A stretch of 64,000 bases of DNA from positions 345,451-409,450 of the forward strand of contig DASXKN010000029.1 of assembly GCA_036496805.1 (NCBI GenBank), written 5' to 3'. The notes below the pieces were generated by a model. That model worked only from the letters and a program-made list of their open reading frames with translations, did not search any database and had not been told where the DNA came from. Below, piece by piece: positions 40,252 to 50,035 of this stretch. Both the position numbers and the translations under genes were made by a program. Position 1 is the first letter of the stretch. The number at the start of each line of letters is the position of its first letter. This DNA is from Lysobacteraceae bacterium (GTDB taxonomy: Bacteria; Pseudomonadota; Gammaproteobacteria; Xanthomonadales; Xanthomonadaceae).

Positions 40252-41448
40252 TCATTTCTTCTTCCACTCCGGCTCGTAGAACGGCAGCTTCACCACCTTG
40301 CACGCCGCCTGCTTGCGATGGTGCTCGACCGTGACCTCGATCGTCAGCTTCGTGCCCGGCTCGAAGTGCGGACGCTGCACATGCGCGAGCGCGATGTACT
40401 TCTTCAGCACCGGCGACCACGAACTCGTCGAGGCGTAGCCGATCTGGCGGCCGTCGCGCATCACCGGCAGGCTGCCGCGCACGGCCATGCCGGGGATCTG
40501 CGGCGGCAGGCCGACCGCGCCGAAGTGCTTTTCCAGGCTTTCCCATTCGATGTCGAGGCCGACCAGCTTCCACGCCGAGCCGTCCTTCTTTTCTTTTTCC
40601 AGCGCGCGGCGACCGACGAAGTAGCCTTCCTTGTCGAGCGCCACCGCCCAGTCCAGGCCCATCTCGAACGGGGTGGATTTCTGGCCTTCGATCCACGCGT
40701 GATTTGCCGGCGTGTAGTCGACGTCGACCATGAACAGGCCGGCCTCGACGCGCGCCATGTCCATCGGCAGGATGCCGCAAGGGGTGATCGAGTAGTCGTG
40801 GCCGGCCGCCATCAGCGCGTCCCAGACCTTCAGGCCCTTGTCGGCGTCCATCCAGATTTCGTAACCCATGTCGCCGGTGTAGCCGGTGCGCGAGATCGAC
40901 ACCGGAACGCCGGCGAGCGTGTTCTGCATCGCGCGGAAGTACTTGAGCTTGTCCAGCGACTTCTTGCAGCAGGCGTTGAGGATGGTGCGCGACTTCGGGC
41001 CCTGCAGGCTCAGCGCGCCCATCTGGTCGGTGACTTCACGGATCGTCACGTCCATGCCGACCGCATTCATCGACAGCCAGCGCAGCGAGGGTTCAGCCGA
41101 GGTCATGCGGAAGCTGGTTTCGCCCAGGCGCGTGACCGTGCCGTCGTCGAGCATCTTGCCTTCCTCGTCGCACCAGCCGGTGTAGAAGACCTGTCCGACC
41201 GCCATCTTCAGCACGTCGCGCGTGGTCACGCGATGCAGCAGCAGCGCCGCGTCGGGGCCGTCGATCAGGTACTTCATCAGCGGCGAGACGTCGATCAGCG
41301 CGGCGGCATCGCGGATCGCCCAGTACTCGCGATCGAGCGAAAGGTCGTAGGAGCCGACCACGATGTATCCGGCCCAGCGCCGCCAGTTCTGCGGGAGGCA
41401 CAGTTTGCTCGTGCGTTCGTGGAAAGGTGTGCGCTTGAGTTCGAGCAT
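40252..41448 (-). CDS. GcvT-family aminomethyltransferase (folate-binding; DmdA/sarcosine-type demethylase-like)
   Basis: GcvT_N/GcvT_C-like sequence (ALIDVSPLMKY...GYTGDMGYEIW...). ATG at 41446-41448. Confidence 0.8.
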   Translation of the reverse strand: MLELKRTPFHERTSKLCLPQNWRRWAGYIVVGSYDLSLDREYWAIRDAAALIDVSPLMKYLIDGPDAALLLHRVTTRDVLKMAVGQVFYTGWCDEEGKMLDDGTVTRLGETSFRMTSAEPSLRWLSMNAVGMDVTIREVTDQMGALSLQGPKSRTILNACCKKSLDKLKYFRAMQNTLAGVPVSISRTGYTGDMGYEIWMDADKGLKVWDALMAAGHDYSITPCGILPMDMARVEAGLFMVDVDYTPANHAWIEGQKSTPFEMGLDWAVALDKEGYFVGRRALEKEKKDGSAWKLVGLDIEWESLEKHFGAVGLPPQIPGMAVRGSLPVMRDGRQIGYASTSSWSPVLKKYIALAHVQRPHFEPGTKLTIEVTVEHHRKQAACKVVKLPFYEPEWKKK

Positions 41449-41563
41449 GGAGTGTTCCGTTGCGCTCCCCGCGGGCGCGGAAACGGCCAATTATAGGCGT
41501 TTCGACTCGCTCGCCGCGAGCGCAAGTGCGTTGTGTTGCGTGTGCGGATACCGGACGATTCGC

Positions 41564-42928
41564 TCAGGGGTGTCCGGCGCCTGGAGGTGAAGCGTCGTGA
41601 CACCTCGCCGTGCCGGGCCCGCATTCGAGTGCGCCTTGCTTGACTACGCCCTGCACATGCTCGAGCAGGCGGATGTCCGCGAGCGGATCGCCGGCGACGG
41701 CGACCATGTCGGCCGATTTGCCCGGCGCGATCGAGCCCAGTTCCTTTTCCTTGCGCAGCAGCTTCGCCGCTTCGATCGTGCTCGCCTGGATCGCCTGCAG
41801 CGGCGTCATCCCGTACTTCACCATGTAGGCGAACTGGCGCGCGTTGTCGCCGTGCGGGTAGACGCCCGCGTCGGTGCCGAAGGCGATGTGGACACCGGCC
41901 TTCACCGCCTTGCGGAAACCCTCGCGCTGGGTCTCGGTCGTCTCGGTGTTCTTGCGCAGGGTGTCGGCGGGCCAGCCCTGCGCGCGGCCGACGGTGTCGA
42001 TGTAGTCGCCGTTGTAGATGTCGGCGACCAGCCAGGTGCCGTGCTGCACCATCAGGGCGATGCCTTCGTCGTCGATCAGCGAACCGTGCTCGACCGATCG
42101 CACGCCGGCGCGGACCGCGTTCTTGATGCCCTCGGCGCCGTGCGCGTGCGCGGCCACGAAGGTGCCGTGCCTTGCGGCCTCCTCCACGGCGGCATGGATT
42201 TCGGCCTCGGTGAATTCGGACTTGCCCGGTTCGGTGCCCGGCGTGAGCACGGCGCCGGTCGCGATCACCTTGATGAAGTCGGCGCCGTGGTCGAGCAGGT
42301 AGTCCACGTTCGTGCGCACTTCGCTTTCCGACGCCGAGACGCCGCGGCGGAATTCCGGCGGCACGATCGTGCCGGACGGCAGACCGGTGACCTCGCCGCC
42401 GCCCCCGGGAATCGTGATGTAGGCGCCCGCGCAGAACATGCGCGGACCCGGCACATAGCCCTTGGCGATCGCGTCGCGCAGCGCGACATCGCCGAGCGCG
42501 CGATAGGTGCCGACATCGCGCACGGTGGTGAATCCTGCATACAGGGTGTCGCGCGCATGGCTCGCGCCGAGCAGCACGTCGTCCTGCGCGCTCATCTTCA
42601 GCGGGGCGAGCGGATCGTTGGTTTCGAGATCGCCGATCAGGTGGGTGTGCATGTCCATCAGGCCGGGCAGCACGGTGTACGCGCTCCAGTCGATCACGCG
42701 CGTGCCACCGACGTTCGCCGCATTCCATGGCGCGACCGCCACCACGCGCCCGTTCTCGATGCGCACGGCCTGGTCGGCGAGCATCCTGCCAGCGTCGACA
42801 TCGAGCAGATGGCCGGCATGGACGATTACGGCATCGGCGCAGCGCCCGTCGGGGCTGAAGCCCAGCAAGGCGACGCAAGCCATCGCCGTGGCCAACGTCG
42901 GCCACTTCACATGGGAACCTGCTTTCAT
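41564..42928 (-). CDS. secreted metal-dependent amidohydrolase
   Basis: AAGGAG RBS. Signal peptide. Metal ligands LMDMHTHL...HAHG...FGTDAG. Confidence 0.8.
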   Translation of the reverse strand: MKAGSHVKWPTLATAMACVALLGFSPDGRCADAVIVHAGHLLDVDAGRMLADQAVRIENGRVVAVAPWNAANVGGTRVIDWSAYTVLPGLMDMHTHLIGDLETNDPLAPLKMSAQDDVLLGASHARDTLYAGFTTVRDVGTYRALGDVALRDAIAKGYVPGPRMFCAGAYITIPGGGGEVTGLPSGTIVPPEFRRGVSASESEVRTNVDYLLDHGADFIKVIATGAVLTPGTEPGKSEFTEAEIHAAVEEAARHGTFVAAHAHGAEGIKNAVRAGVRSVEHGSLIDDEGIALMVQHGTWLVADIYNGDYIDTVGRAQGWPADTLRKNTETTETQREGFRKAVKAGVHIAFGTDAGVYPHGDNARQFAYMVKYGMTPLQAIQASTIEAAKLLRKEKELGSIAPGKSADMVAVAGDPLADIRLLEHVQGVVKQGALECGPGTARCHDASPPGAGHP

Positions 42929-43974
42929 GCTTCCGCTCCTTGATGGGCATACGCTGTGCGCAGCAGGTTCTGGAAATGCCAGACCCCGCTCTCGCGTTTC
43001 GGGCACAGGCGCCCGGCTTCGTAGAACCCCGAAGCGAGGCCTTTCTGCACGGCCTCGCAGATCGCCACGTCCTCGTGCTGGATCTCGTCGCTGAACATCG
43101 CGTCCATCGCGATGCGCGCCTGCGCCTTCGGGTCCTGCGCGTAGTAGTAGTCGAACTCGACGCGGCAGCGCCCGGGGCCGAGCGGCAGCACGCGGTTGGT
43201 CTGCAGGCGGCCGGGCATGACGTTGAGCATGATGTTCGGGTAGACGTGGTAGTAGAACGCCTCGCCGTCGCCATAGATGCCGTCGCTGTCGCGCAACGGC
43301 GAGGACTGCAGCGAATACCAGTCGGACAGTTCGGTGTCGTAGGCGCGGTAGTCGAGCACCTTCGACAGGCCCGGATGCACGTGCGGCAAGTGGTAGCCCT
43401 CGAGGAAGTTGTCGACGTAGACCTTCCAGTTGCATTCGACCTCGTAGGCGTCGCGGCGCTGGTAGCGCATCGTCGACAGGTCGATCGGCGCGATCCGTCC
43501 GGCGATGCCGGCATAGACTTCCGCGAACGGCGGCACGTCGTCGCTCAGGGCGACGAAGACCAGGCCCTGCCATTCGTGCACGCGCAATGCCGGCAGGTGG
43601 ATGTCGCCGACCTTGAAGTCGCCTGCATCCTGCATCTCCGGCGCGCTGCGAAGCTGGCCGTCGAGCCTGTACGTCCAGCCGTGGTACTTGCAGTGCAGGG
43701 CGCGCGCGCCCTTGCCGTTGCAGAACGCGAGCGGACCCGCACGGTGGCGGCAGACGTTCGGGAACGCCCGCAGCACGCCGTCCTGTCCACGCACGAGGAG
43801 CACCGGCGTGCCGGCGATGTTCTCGACGACGTGGTCGCCGGCTTCCGCAAGCAGCCCCTGGTGCGCGACGAGCTGCCAGCTCCGTGCGAATACCGCGCGG
43901 TTTTCCATCGCCAGCATGTCGTCGCCGAAGTAGTACTTCGCATGCAGGGCGCGGGCGTGGCGCAGGTCGTCCAT
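42925..43974 (-). CDS. Rieske [2Fe-2S] non-haem-iron oxygenase alpha subunit (paralogue of 34171..35280)
   Basis: GGAGG RBS. Rieske motif CRHRAGPLAFCNGKGARALHCKYHGW. Motif DNFLEGYHLPHVH. ATGA overlap with the downstream amidohydrolase. Confidence 0.85.
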   Translation of the reverse strand: MDDLRHARALHAKYYFGDDMLAMENRAVFARSWQLVAHQGLLAEAGDHVVENIAGTPVLLVRGQDGVLRAFPNVCRHRAGPLAFCNGKGARALHCKYHGWTYRLDGQLRSAPEMQDAGDFKVGDIHLPALRVHEWQGLVFVALSDDVPPFAEVYAGIAGRIAPIDLSTMRYQRRDAYEVECNWKVYVDNFLEGYHLPHVHPGLSKVLDYRAYDTELSDWYSLQSSPLRDSDGIYGDGEAFYYHVYPNIMLNVMPGRLQTNRVLPLGPGRCRVEFDYYYAQDPKAQARIAMDAMFSDEIQHEDVAICEAVQKGLASGFYEAGRLCPKRESGVWHFQNLLRTAYAHQGAEA

Positions 43975-44106
43975 CGCGTTCCTCCAGTGCCGGATCCCCC
44001 ACGATCCGACCCACATGGTCGCACACCGCGCCGACGACGTATTGAAGGTCTCCATGCCGGGAAACAAACTAGACTGGCTTGCCGATATTCAAGCCCGCCG
44101 CACGCC

Positions 44107-47100
44107 ATGAGCGATCACATCCATACCACGCAGTGGCGGCGGCTCGGCGAGCTGTTCGAACAGGCCATCGACCTGGACGCAGCAGGACGGGCGGAGCTGC
44201 TGCTCTCGGTCGAACGGGAGGACGCCGAGCTCGGCCAGGTCCTTGCTTCCCTGCTCGACGCGGACGCCAGACACCATGGCCAGACGGCCGCGCACCGTGA
44301 GCGGGTATTGCAGGATTCCTTCCATGCCATCTATGGCGAAGACCTCACGGTAGGCGATCGTGTCGGCCAGTACGTGCTGCGGGAAAGCCTGGGACACGGC
44401 GGCATGGGCGTGGTGTTCCGCGCCGAGCGCGCGGACGGCCAGGTCCGGCAGGACGTGGCGCTCAAGGTCGTCAAGCTCGGGATGGACACGCGCGAGGTGA
44501 TCGCGCGCTTCGAGGTCGAGCGCCAGGCGCTGGCGCTGATGGAGCATCCGCACATCGCGCGCATGCTCGATGCCGGGACGACCGACAGCGGCAGGCCCTA
44601 CTTCGTGATGGAGCTGGTCAAGGGCGAGCCGATCTGGCGCTACTGCATCGTGAACGGCCTGACGATCGACCAGCGCCTGCGCCTGTTCGAGCAGGTATGC
44701 GCCGCCGTGCAGCACGCGCACACCAAGGGCATCATCCACCGCGACCTCAAGCCGACCAACGTGCTGGTGAGCACGCAGGAGGGCCAGCCGTTCGCGAAGG
44801 TGATCGATTTCGGCATCGCGAAGGCGACCAGCGGGCGCCTGACCGAAAAGACGCTGATGACCCAGCAGTTCCTGATGATGGGAACGCCGTTGTACATGAG
44901 TCCGGAGCAGGCCGCTGGCAGTGCGGACATCGACACGCGATCCGACATCTACGCGCTCGGCGCCATCCTCTACGAGCTGCTGACCAATACCACGCCGATC
45001 GACTCGGACTCGTTGCAGGACGCGGCCCACGAGGAAGTCCAGCGCATCATCCGGGAAGTCGATCCACCGCGGCCGAGCGCGCGCCTTTCGCAGTCCACCA
45101 CGACCAGGCCCGGAACGGTGACGGAACAAGGCGTCGATGTCCGCGCGCTGGCGAAGGCGGTTCGCGGCGAGCTCGACTGGATCGTGATGAAGGCGCTGGA
45201 GAAGGACCGCTCGCGGCGCTACGAGACCGCGAGCGCGCTGGCCATGGACGTGCGTCGGTACCTGGAGGGCGAGGCGGTCCAGGCGGCGCCTCCGGGCGCG
45301 GCCTACCGGCTGCGCAAATGGATCCGGCGCAACCGCGCGACCTTTGCCGCGGGATCGATGGTCGCCGTCGCGCTGCTGGTCGGCATCGTGGCGTTCGCGT
45401 GGCAGGCGCGGATCGCGCAGCAGCAGGCGCGGCTGGCACGGCAGCGCGCACACGAAGTGGAGCAGGTGGCCACGTTCGAAGGCGACATGCTCAGGCAGGT
45501 GGATCCGAACAAGGCCGGCAGGGATCTCGTGGACGACCTGAAGTCCAAGCTCGCCGCGGCCCTGGTCAAGGCAGGCGTGCCCGAAAAGGAACGATCGGCA
45601 CAGGCCGCTGCGTTTGCCGGCCTGCTGCGGTGGGTGAATGCCACCGACACCGCGGTCGGCGTGATCGACCGGACGACCATGAAGCCCGCGATCGCCGCCA
45701 TCGACCAGCGGTTCAAGGACCAGCCGGTCGTGGCCGCGAGATTGCGCCAGGTGCTGGCGGACCGCTACGTGCAGATGGGCCTCTACGATGCGGCGATGCC
45801 ATTGATGAAAAGCGCGCTGGCGACGCGCCGTCGCGTCCTGGGCGAGGAGGATCGGGAGACGCTGCAATCGCTCGGGAACATCGGCGCCCTGGCCGAGTCC
45901 ATGGAAAATCAGAAGGAGGCAGAACCCTACCTGCGCGAGGCGCTCGCGAAACGCCGCCGCATCCTGGGTGAGGACGATCCGGACACGGTGGAGTCCATGG
46001 GGGACCTCGGCCAGCACCTGACGACCGAGGGCCAGCTGAAAGAGGCCGAGCCGCTCCTGCGCCAGGCCCTGGCGACCAGTCGGCGCGTGAACGGGCAGGG
46101 CAGCGCCGAAACCGTGGAACTGATCGCTTCAATGGGCTATGTCCTGAATGAGGAAGGCAGGATGGCCGAGGCCGAACGCTATCTGCGCGAGGCGATCGCG
46201 AAGAACGATCGTGCCGTTGGCGGAGATCCGGCCAAGAGGCTCGACCTGATCGACAACATGGGGTGGACCCTCTGGCAACAGGGCAAGATCGCCGAGGCCG
46301 AGGCGTTCCAGCGCGGGTCGCTGGAACGAAGTCGCCGTTCGGTCGGCGAGGACCACCCACTGACGGTGGACAAGGTCTACAGCCTGGCCGGAATCCTGAT
46401 GGCTGAGGGCAAGCTGGGCGAGGCGGAAGGGTATATGCGGGAGTCCCTGGAAAAACGTCGCAGGATCTTCGGCGAGGGGCACCCTTTCGCGCTGATGACG
46501 AGGGTGAGGCTGGGCACGCTCCTCGACGAGGAAGGAAAGCCGGGCGAGGCCGAGGCCAGCCTGCGCATGGCGCTGGACGGGTGCCGCCGCGCGTTCGGAG
46601 ACCATGCGGGACCCACGGTGTATACGATCGCCGTGCTGGGCGGCTTCCTGCGGGACAACGGCAGGATGGTCGAGGCCGAGTCCTATTTGCGGAAGGCGCT
46701 GGACGACAGCCGTCGTGCATTCGGCTCCGACAGCGAGGTCACGTTGTATGCGATGGCGCAAATGGGACAGATGCTCGTTGCACAAGGCAAGTTTGCCGAG
46801 GCTGAAAAACTGCTCGCTCCGCTTGAAGCCCGGGCGCGCGGAGCGGTATTCAATGGCGACATGGAGTCGATGACGCCGGCGATGACGAGCCTGGGGATGG
46901 CCCGCACCGGGCTGGGTGAATTCGCTGCCGCCGAAACCGACCTGCTCGAAGCGCAACCACGACTGACCGTGGACCTGGGCCCGAAGGCAAGGGTCACCCG
47001 CCGGTGTACCCAGGCCCTGGGCGACCTTTACGCGGCCTGGAATGCGGCACATCCGGGCGAGGGCCATGACACGCAGTCGGCCGCGTGGAAGCGGAAGCTC

Positions 47101-47139
47101 GATGCCTTGGGTGCTCCGGTGTCCGTTGTGAAGCACTGA
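44107..47139 (+). CDS. Ser/Thr protein kinase with single TM helix and long C-terminal TPR-repeat domain (1010 aa)
   Basis: Hanks-kinase motifs LGHGGMGVV, VALK, HRDLKPTN, DFG, SPE. TM helix AAGSMVAVALLVGIVAFAW. At least 9 TPR-like repeats (...AEPxLREAL...). Confidence 0.85.
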   Translation: MSDHIHTTQWRRLGELFEQAIDLDAAGRAELLLSVEREDAELGQVLASLLDADARHHGQTAAHRERVLQDSFHAIYGEDLTVGDRVGQYVLRESLGHGGMGVVFRAERADGQVRQDVALKVVKLGMDTREVIARFEVERQALALMEHPHIARMLDAGTTDSGRPYFVMELVKGEPIWRYCIVNGLTIDQRLRLFEQVCAAVQHAHTKGIIHRDLKPTNVLVSTQEGQPFAKVIDFGIAKATSGRLTEKTLMTQQFLMMGTPLYMSPEQAAGSADIDTRSDIYALGAILYELLTNTTPIDSDSLQDAAHEEVQRIIREVDPPRPSARLSQSTTTRPGTVTEQGVDVRALAKAVRGELDWIVMKALEKDRSRRYETASALAMDVRRYLEGEAVQAAPPGAAYRLRKWIRRNRATFAAGSMVAVALLVGIVAFAWQARIAQQQARLARQRAHEVEQVATFEGDMLRQVDPNKAGRDLVDDLKSKLAAALVKAGVPEKERSAQAAAFAGLLRWVNATDTAVGVIDRTTMKPAIAAIDQRFKDQPVVAARLRQVLADRYVQMGLYDAAMPLMKSALATRRRVLGEEDRETLQSLGNIGALAESMENQKEAEPYLREALAKRRRILGEDDPDTVESMGDLGQHLTTEGQLKEAEPLLRQALATSRRVNGQGSAETVELIASMGYVLNEEGRMAEAERYLREAIAKNDRAVGGDPAKRLDLIDNMGWTLWQQGKIAEAEAFQRGSLERSRRSVGEDHPLTVDKVYSLAGILMAEGKLGEAEGYMRESLEKRRRIFGEGHPFALMTRVRLGTLLDEEGKPGEAEASLRMALDGCRRAFGDHAGPTVYTIAVLGGFLRDNGRMVEAESYLRKALDDSRRAFGSDSEVTLYAMAQMGQMLVAQGKFAEAEKLLAPLEARARGAVFNGDMESMTPAMTSLGMARTGLGEFAAAETDLLEAQPRLTVDLGPKARVTRRCTQALGDLYAAWNAAHPGEGHDTQSAAWKRKLDALGAPVSVVKH

Positions 47140-47231
47140 GGAACGCGCCACCGGGCTGAGGGAGTCGGCGCGCCCGGTTGGCAGCAGATGGGATAGGGTG
47201 TGGCCGTTCGCTCCAGCAGCCGGGAGAAGCC

Positions 47232-48533
47232 GTGTCGAGGACGTTTCTGGTCGTTGCCTTGTGCGTGATGACGGGGCTTGCGCCGGTGTGCGGCGCTGGC
47301 GCCGTGTCGCCAACAGCTCCGATGGCCGTCATGGCGACGGCTTCCTCCGCCGCCGCCGCCGCTGCGAGAGCGTCCGCATCGCCGCCGCGCGCCCGCGACC
47401 TCGGCATCCCGTTCGAGGGCACGCCCGGTCCGCTCAACGCGATCACCGACGTGCAGGGCGTCGCCGTCGGCCAGGTCACCCTGATCGAAGACCTCAAGGA
47501 TGGCCACAAGGTCCGCACCGGCGTCACCGCGATCCTGCCGCGTGGCCATGACACCTGGGACCTGCCGGTCTTCGCCGGCTGGTTCTCGCAAAACGGCAAC
47601 GGCGAGATGACCGGCACCCACTGGATCGACGAGGGCGGCGAGCTCGAAGGGCCGGTGATGCTGACCAACACCCACAGCGTCGGTCTCGTGCGCGACGCCG
47701 TCATCGCCGAGCGGGTGAAGGCCGGCCATCCGGATGCGACCGGCTACTGGTGGTCGCTGCCGGTCGTCGCCGAAACCTGGGATGGCGACCTCAACGACGC
47801 CAATGGCTTCCACGTCAGGCCCGAACACGTCGCCAAGGCATTGACCGATGCGAACGGCGGCCCGGTCGCCGAAGGCAATGTCGGCGGCGGTACCGGCATG
47901 ATCTGCCACGAGTTCAAGTGCGGCATCGGCACGTCGTCGCGAAAGGTCAACGAATCCGGCCACGACTACACCGTCGGCGTGCTGGTGCAGGCCAACTACG
48001 GCGTGCGCGATCCGCTGCGCATCGCCGGCGTGCCGGTCGGGCAGTACCTGCGCGACGACCGCGTGTTCACCGATCCGAAGCTGTGGGGCAGCGGGACTGC
48101 CGCCGCGCCCACGCGCGCACGATTGCCGGACGGCATCGCCCACGAAACCGGCTCGATCATCGTCGTGGTCGCCACCGACGCACCGCTGCTGCCGCACCAG
48201 CTCAAGCGCGTGGCGCGCCGCGCGACGCTCGCGCTGGGACGGATGGGCAGCTATTCGGGCAACGGTTCGGGCGACCTGTTCGTCGCGTTCTCCACCGCCA
48301 ACCGCGATGCGATGAACGACAAGGCGCAGCAGTCCGCCACCTTCGTCGGCAACGACCACATCGACCCGGTGTTCGAGGCCACCGTGCAGGCGACCGAGGA
48401 AGCCATCGTCAACGCGATGATCGCCGCGAAGGACATGCAGGGCGACAGCGGGCACTACGCGAAGGCGATCCCGCACGACCGTCTCGTCGCATTGCTGAAG
48501 CAATTCAACCGCTGGCAGCCGCCATCGAAGTGA
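47232..48533 (+). CDS. secreted P1/S58-family peptidase (DmpA-like L-aminopeptidase/D-esterase), GTG start
   Basis: GGGAGA RBS upstream of the GTG at 47232. Signal peptide. DmpA/OAT-type fold sequence with the autoprocessing G|S region (GTGMICHEF...GIGTSS). Confidence 0.7.
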   Translation: MSRTFLVVALCVMTGLAPVCGAGAVSPTAPMAVMATASSAAAAAARASASPPRARDLGIPFEGTPGPLNAITDVQGVAVGQVTLIEDLKDGHKVRTGVTAILPRGHDTWDLPVFAGWFSQNGNGEMTGTHWIDEGGELEGPVMLTNTHSVGLVRDAVIAERVKAGHPDATGYWWSLPVVAETWDGDLNDANGFHVRPEHVAKALTDANGGPVAEGNVGGGTGMICHEFKCGIGTSSRKVNESGHDYTVGVLVQANYGVRDPLRIAGVPVGQYLRDDRVFTDPKLWGSGTAAAPTRARLPDGIAHETGSIIVVVATDAPLLPHQLKRVARRATLALGRMGSYSGNGSGDLFVAFSTANRDAMNDKAQQSATFVGNDHIDPVFEATVQATEEAIVNAMIAAKDMQGDSGHYAKAIPHDRLVALLKQFNRWQPPSK

Positions 48534-48775
48534 ACCGCGCGGCGACCGGGGCCGGACGAGCGGAATTCCGTGATTCGCGTCACGTTTCCGGCGGCGATGC
48601 CATGCGGGAATCACCTTGTCCGCGCCGGAACGACGCTTCCTTCCCTCGCATCCTCGATGCGGAGCCGGTCGCCCTCTTGAGGCGCGATGTTTCGGGCGTC
48701 TTCGCGACACCATCGCGCCCGGTGTTGGGTTAGGCTTCGGATACGGCGACGACGAGACGGCGACGACACGACGAC

Positions 48776-50026
48776 ATGGAAGCCACGCCTTACGAAACGA
48801 GGATCGCGATCGCCGGGCTGGATCTGAAGATGTACGTTTCGCGCCTGGACCGGCCGTGGATCGAGAGCCCGTTCCTGCTCGAAGGCCTGCTGGTGGAGAC
48901 CCAGGAGGACCTCGAGAAGCTGCAGAAGCTGTGCCGCCACGTCTACATCGACGTCACCCGCGGCGCCAGCCCCGACAGGCGCTACGTCGAGCCCGAAGAG
49001 CCCGTGGCGGCGGAGAAGTCCGTTCCGTTCGCCGCCGAATTCGCCGCGCTGAACACCACGACCTGGCAGATCGCGACCCGCGTCGAGGTCGAGCTCCCGG
49101 TCGCTGCGAAGGCGCAGCACCACCTCGAGCGCGGCATCGAGCAGATGATGACCGACCTGCACGATGGTCGCGAGCTCGACCTGCTCAGCGTCCGCGAGGG
49201 CGTGGGCGCGATGATCGACTCGGTCACCCGCAACCCCTCGGCCTTCACCTGGCTCAAGGCGATCCGCAAGAAGAGCAGCTACACCTACCAGCACGCGCTG
49301 GGCAGCTCGGTGTGGGCGGCGAGCTTCGGCCGCCACCTCGGCCTGAACCGCCAGGAGATCGACGACCTGGCCTTCGCGGGCCTGATGTTCGACGTGGGCA
49401 AGGCCAGCCTGTCGGTCGAGCTGCTCGACAAGACCGGGTCCTACGACGACGAGGACTGGCGGCAGATGCGCGCGCACGTGCAGGCGGGCGTCGAGATCCT
49501 CGAACGCACGCCCGGGGTATCCCAACGCACCATCCAGGCGGTCGCCACCCACCACGAGCGCCACGACGGATCCGGTTATCCGCGTGGCCTGCGCGGCGCG
49601 CAGATCCCGATCTTCGGCCGCCTCATCGGCCTGATCGACAGCTACGATGCGATGACCAGCGCGCGCCCGTATGCACCGGGCCGCACCGCGCACCAGGCGG
49701 TGATGGAGCTGTACAACGTGCGCGACATCCTGTTCCAGTCCGACCTCGTCGAGCAGTTCATCCAGACCTGCGGCGTGTACCCGCCCGGTTCGCTGGTGGA
49801 ACTGTCCGACGGCCGCGTGGGCGTGGTGACCGCCGTGCACGACCTCAAGCGCCTGCGCCCGAACGTCATGCTGCTGCTCGACGCGATCAAGCAGCCGCTG
49901 CCCGAATTCGTCGCGGTCGACCTGAGCCAGGTCGCGAACGACGACAAGGGCAAGCCGCTCACCATCCGGCGCGGGCTGCCCGAGCGCGCGTTCGGCATCG
50001 ATCCGGCCGAACTGTTCATCAACTGA
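48776..50026 (+). CDS. HD-GYP domain c-di-GMP phosphodiesterase with DUF3391-like N-terminal domain
   Basis: Motif HHERHDGSGYPRG (HD...GYP). Confidence 0.85.
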   Translation: MEATPYETRIAIAGLDLKMYVSRLDRPWIESPFLLEGLLVETQEDLEKLQKLCRHVYIDVTRGASPDRRYVEPEEPVAAEKSVPFAAEFAALNTTTWQIATRVEVELPVAAKAQHHLERGIEQMMTDLHDGRELDLLSVREGVGAMIDSVTRNPSAFTWLKAIRKKSSYTYQHALGSSVWAASFGRHLGLNRQEIDDLAFAGLMFDVGKASLSVELLDKTGSYDDEDWRQMRAHVQAGVEILERTPGVSQRTIQAVATHHERHDGSGYPRGLRGAQIPIFGRLIGLIDSYDAMTSARPYAPGRTAHQAVMELYNVRDILFQSDLVEQFIQTCGVYPPGSLVELSDGRVGVVTAVHDLKRLRPNVMLLLDAIKQPLPEFVAVDLSQVANDDKGKPLTIRRGLPERAFGIDPAELFIN

Positions 50027-50035
50027 CCCTGCCGC

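Noticed and set aside
42940-44106. N-terminal 389 aa of the 1399-aa ORF track entry containing the Ser/Thr kinase
   Set aside because: Antisense to the Rieske oxygenase gene. The kinase homology starts at the ATG at 44107 (MSDHIHTTQW...).
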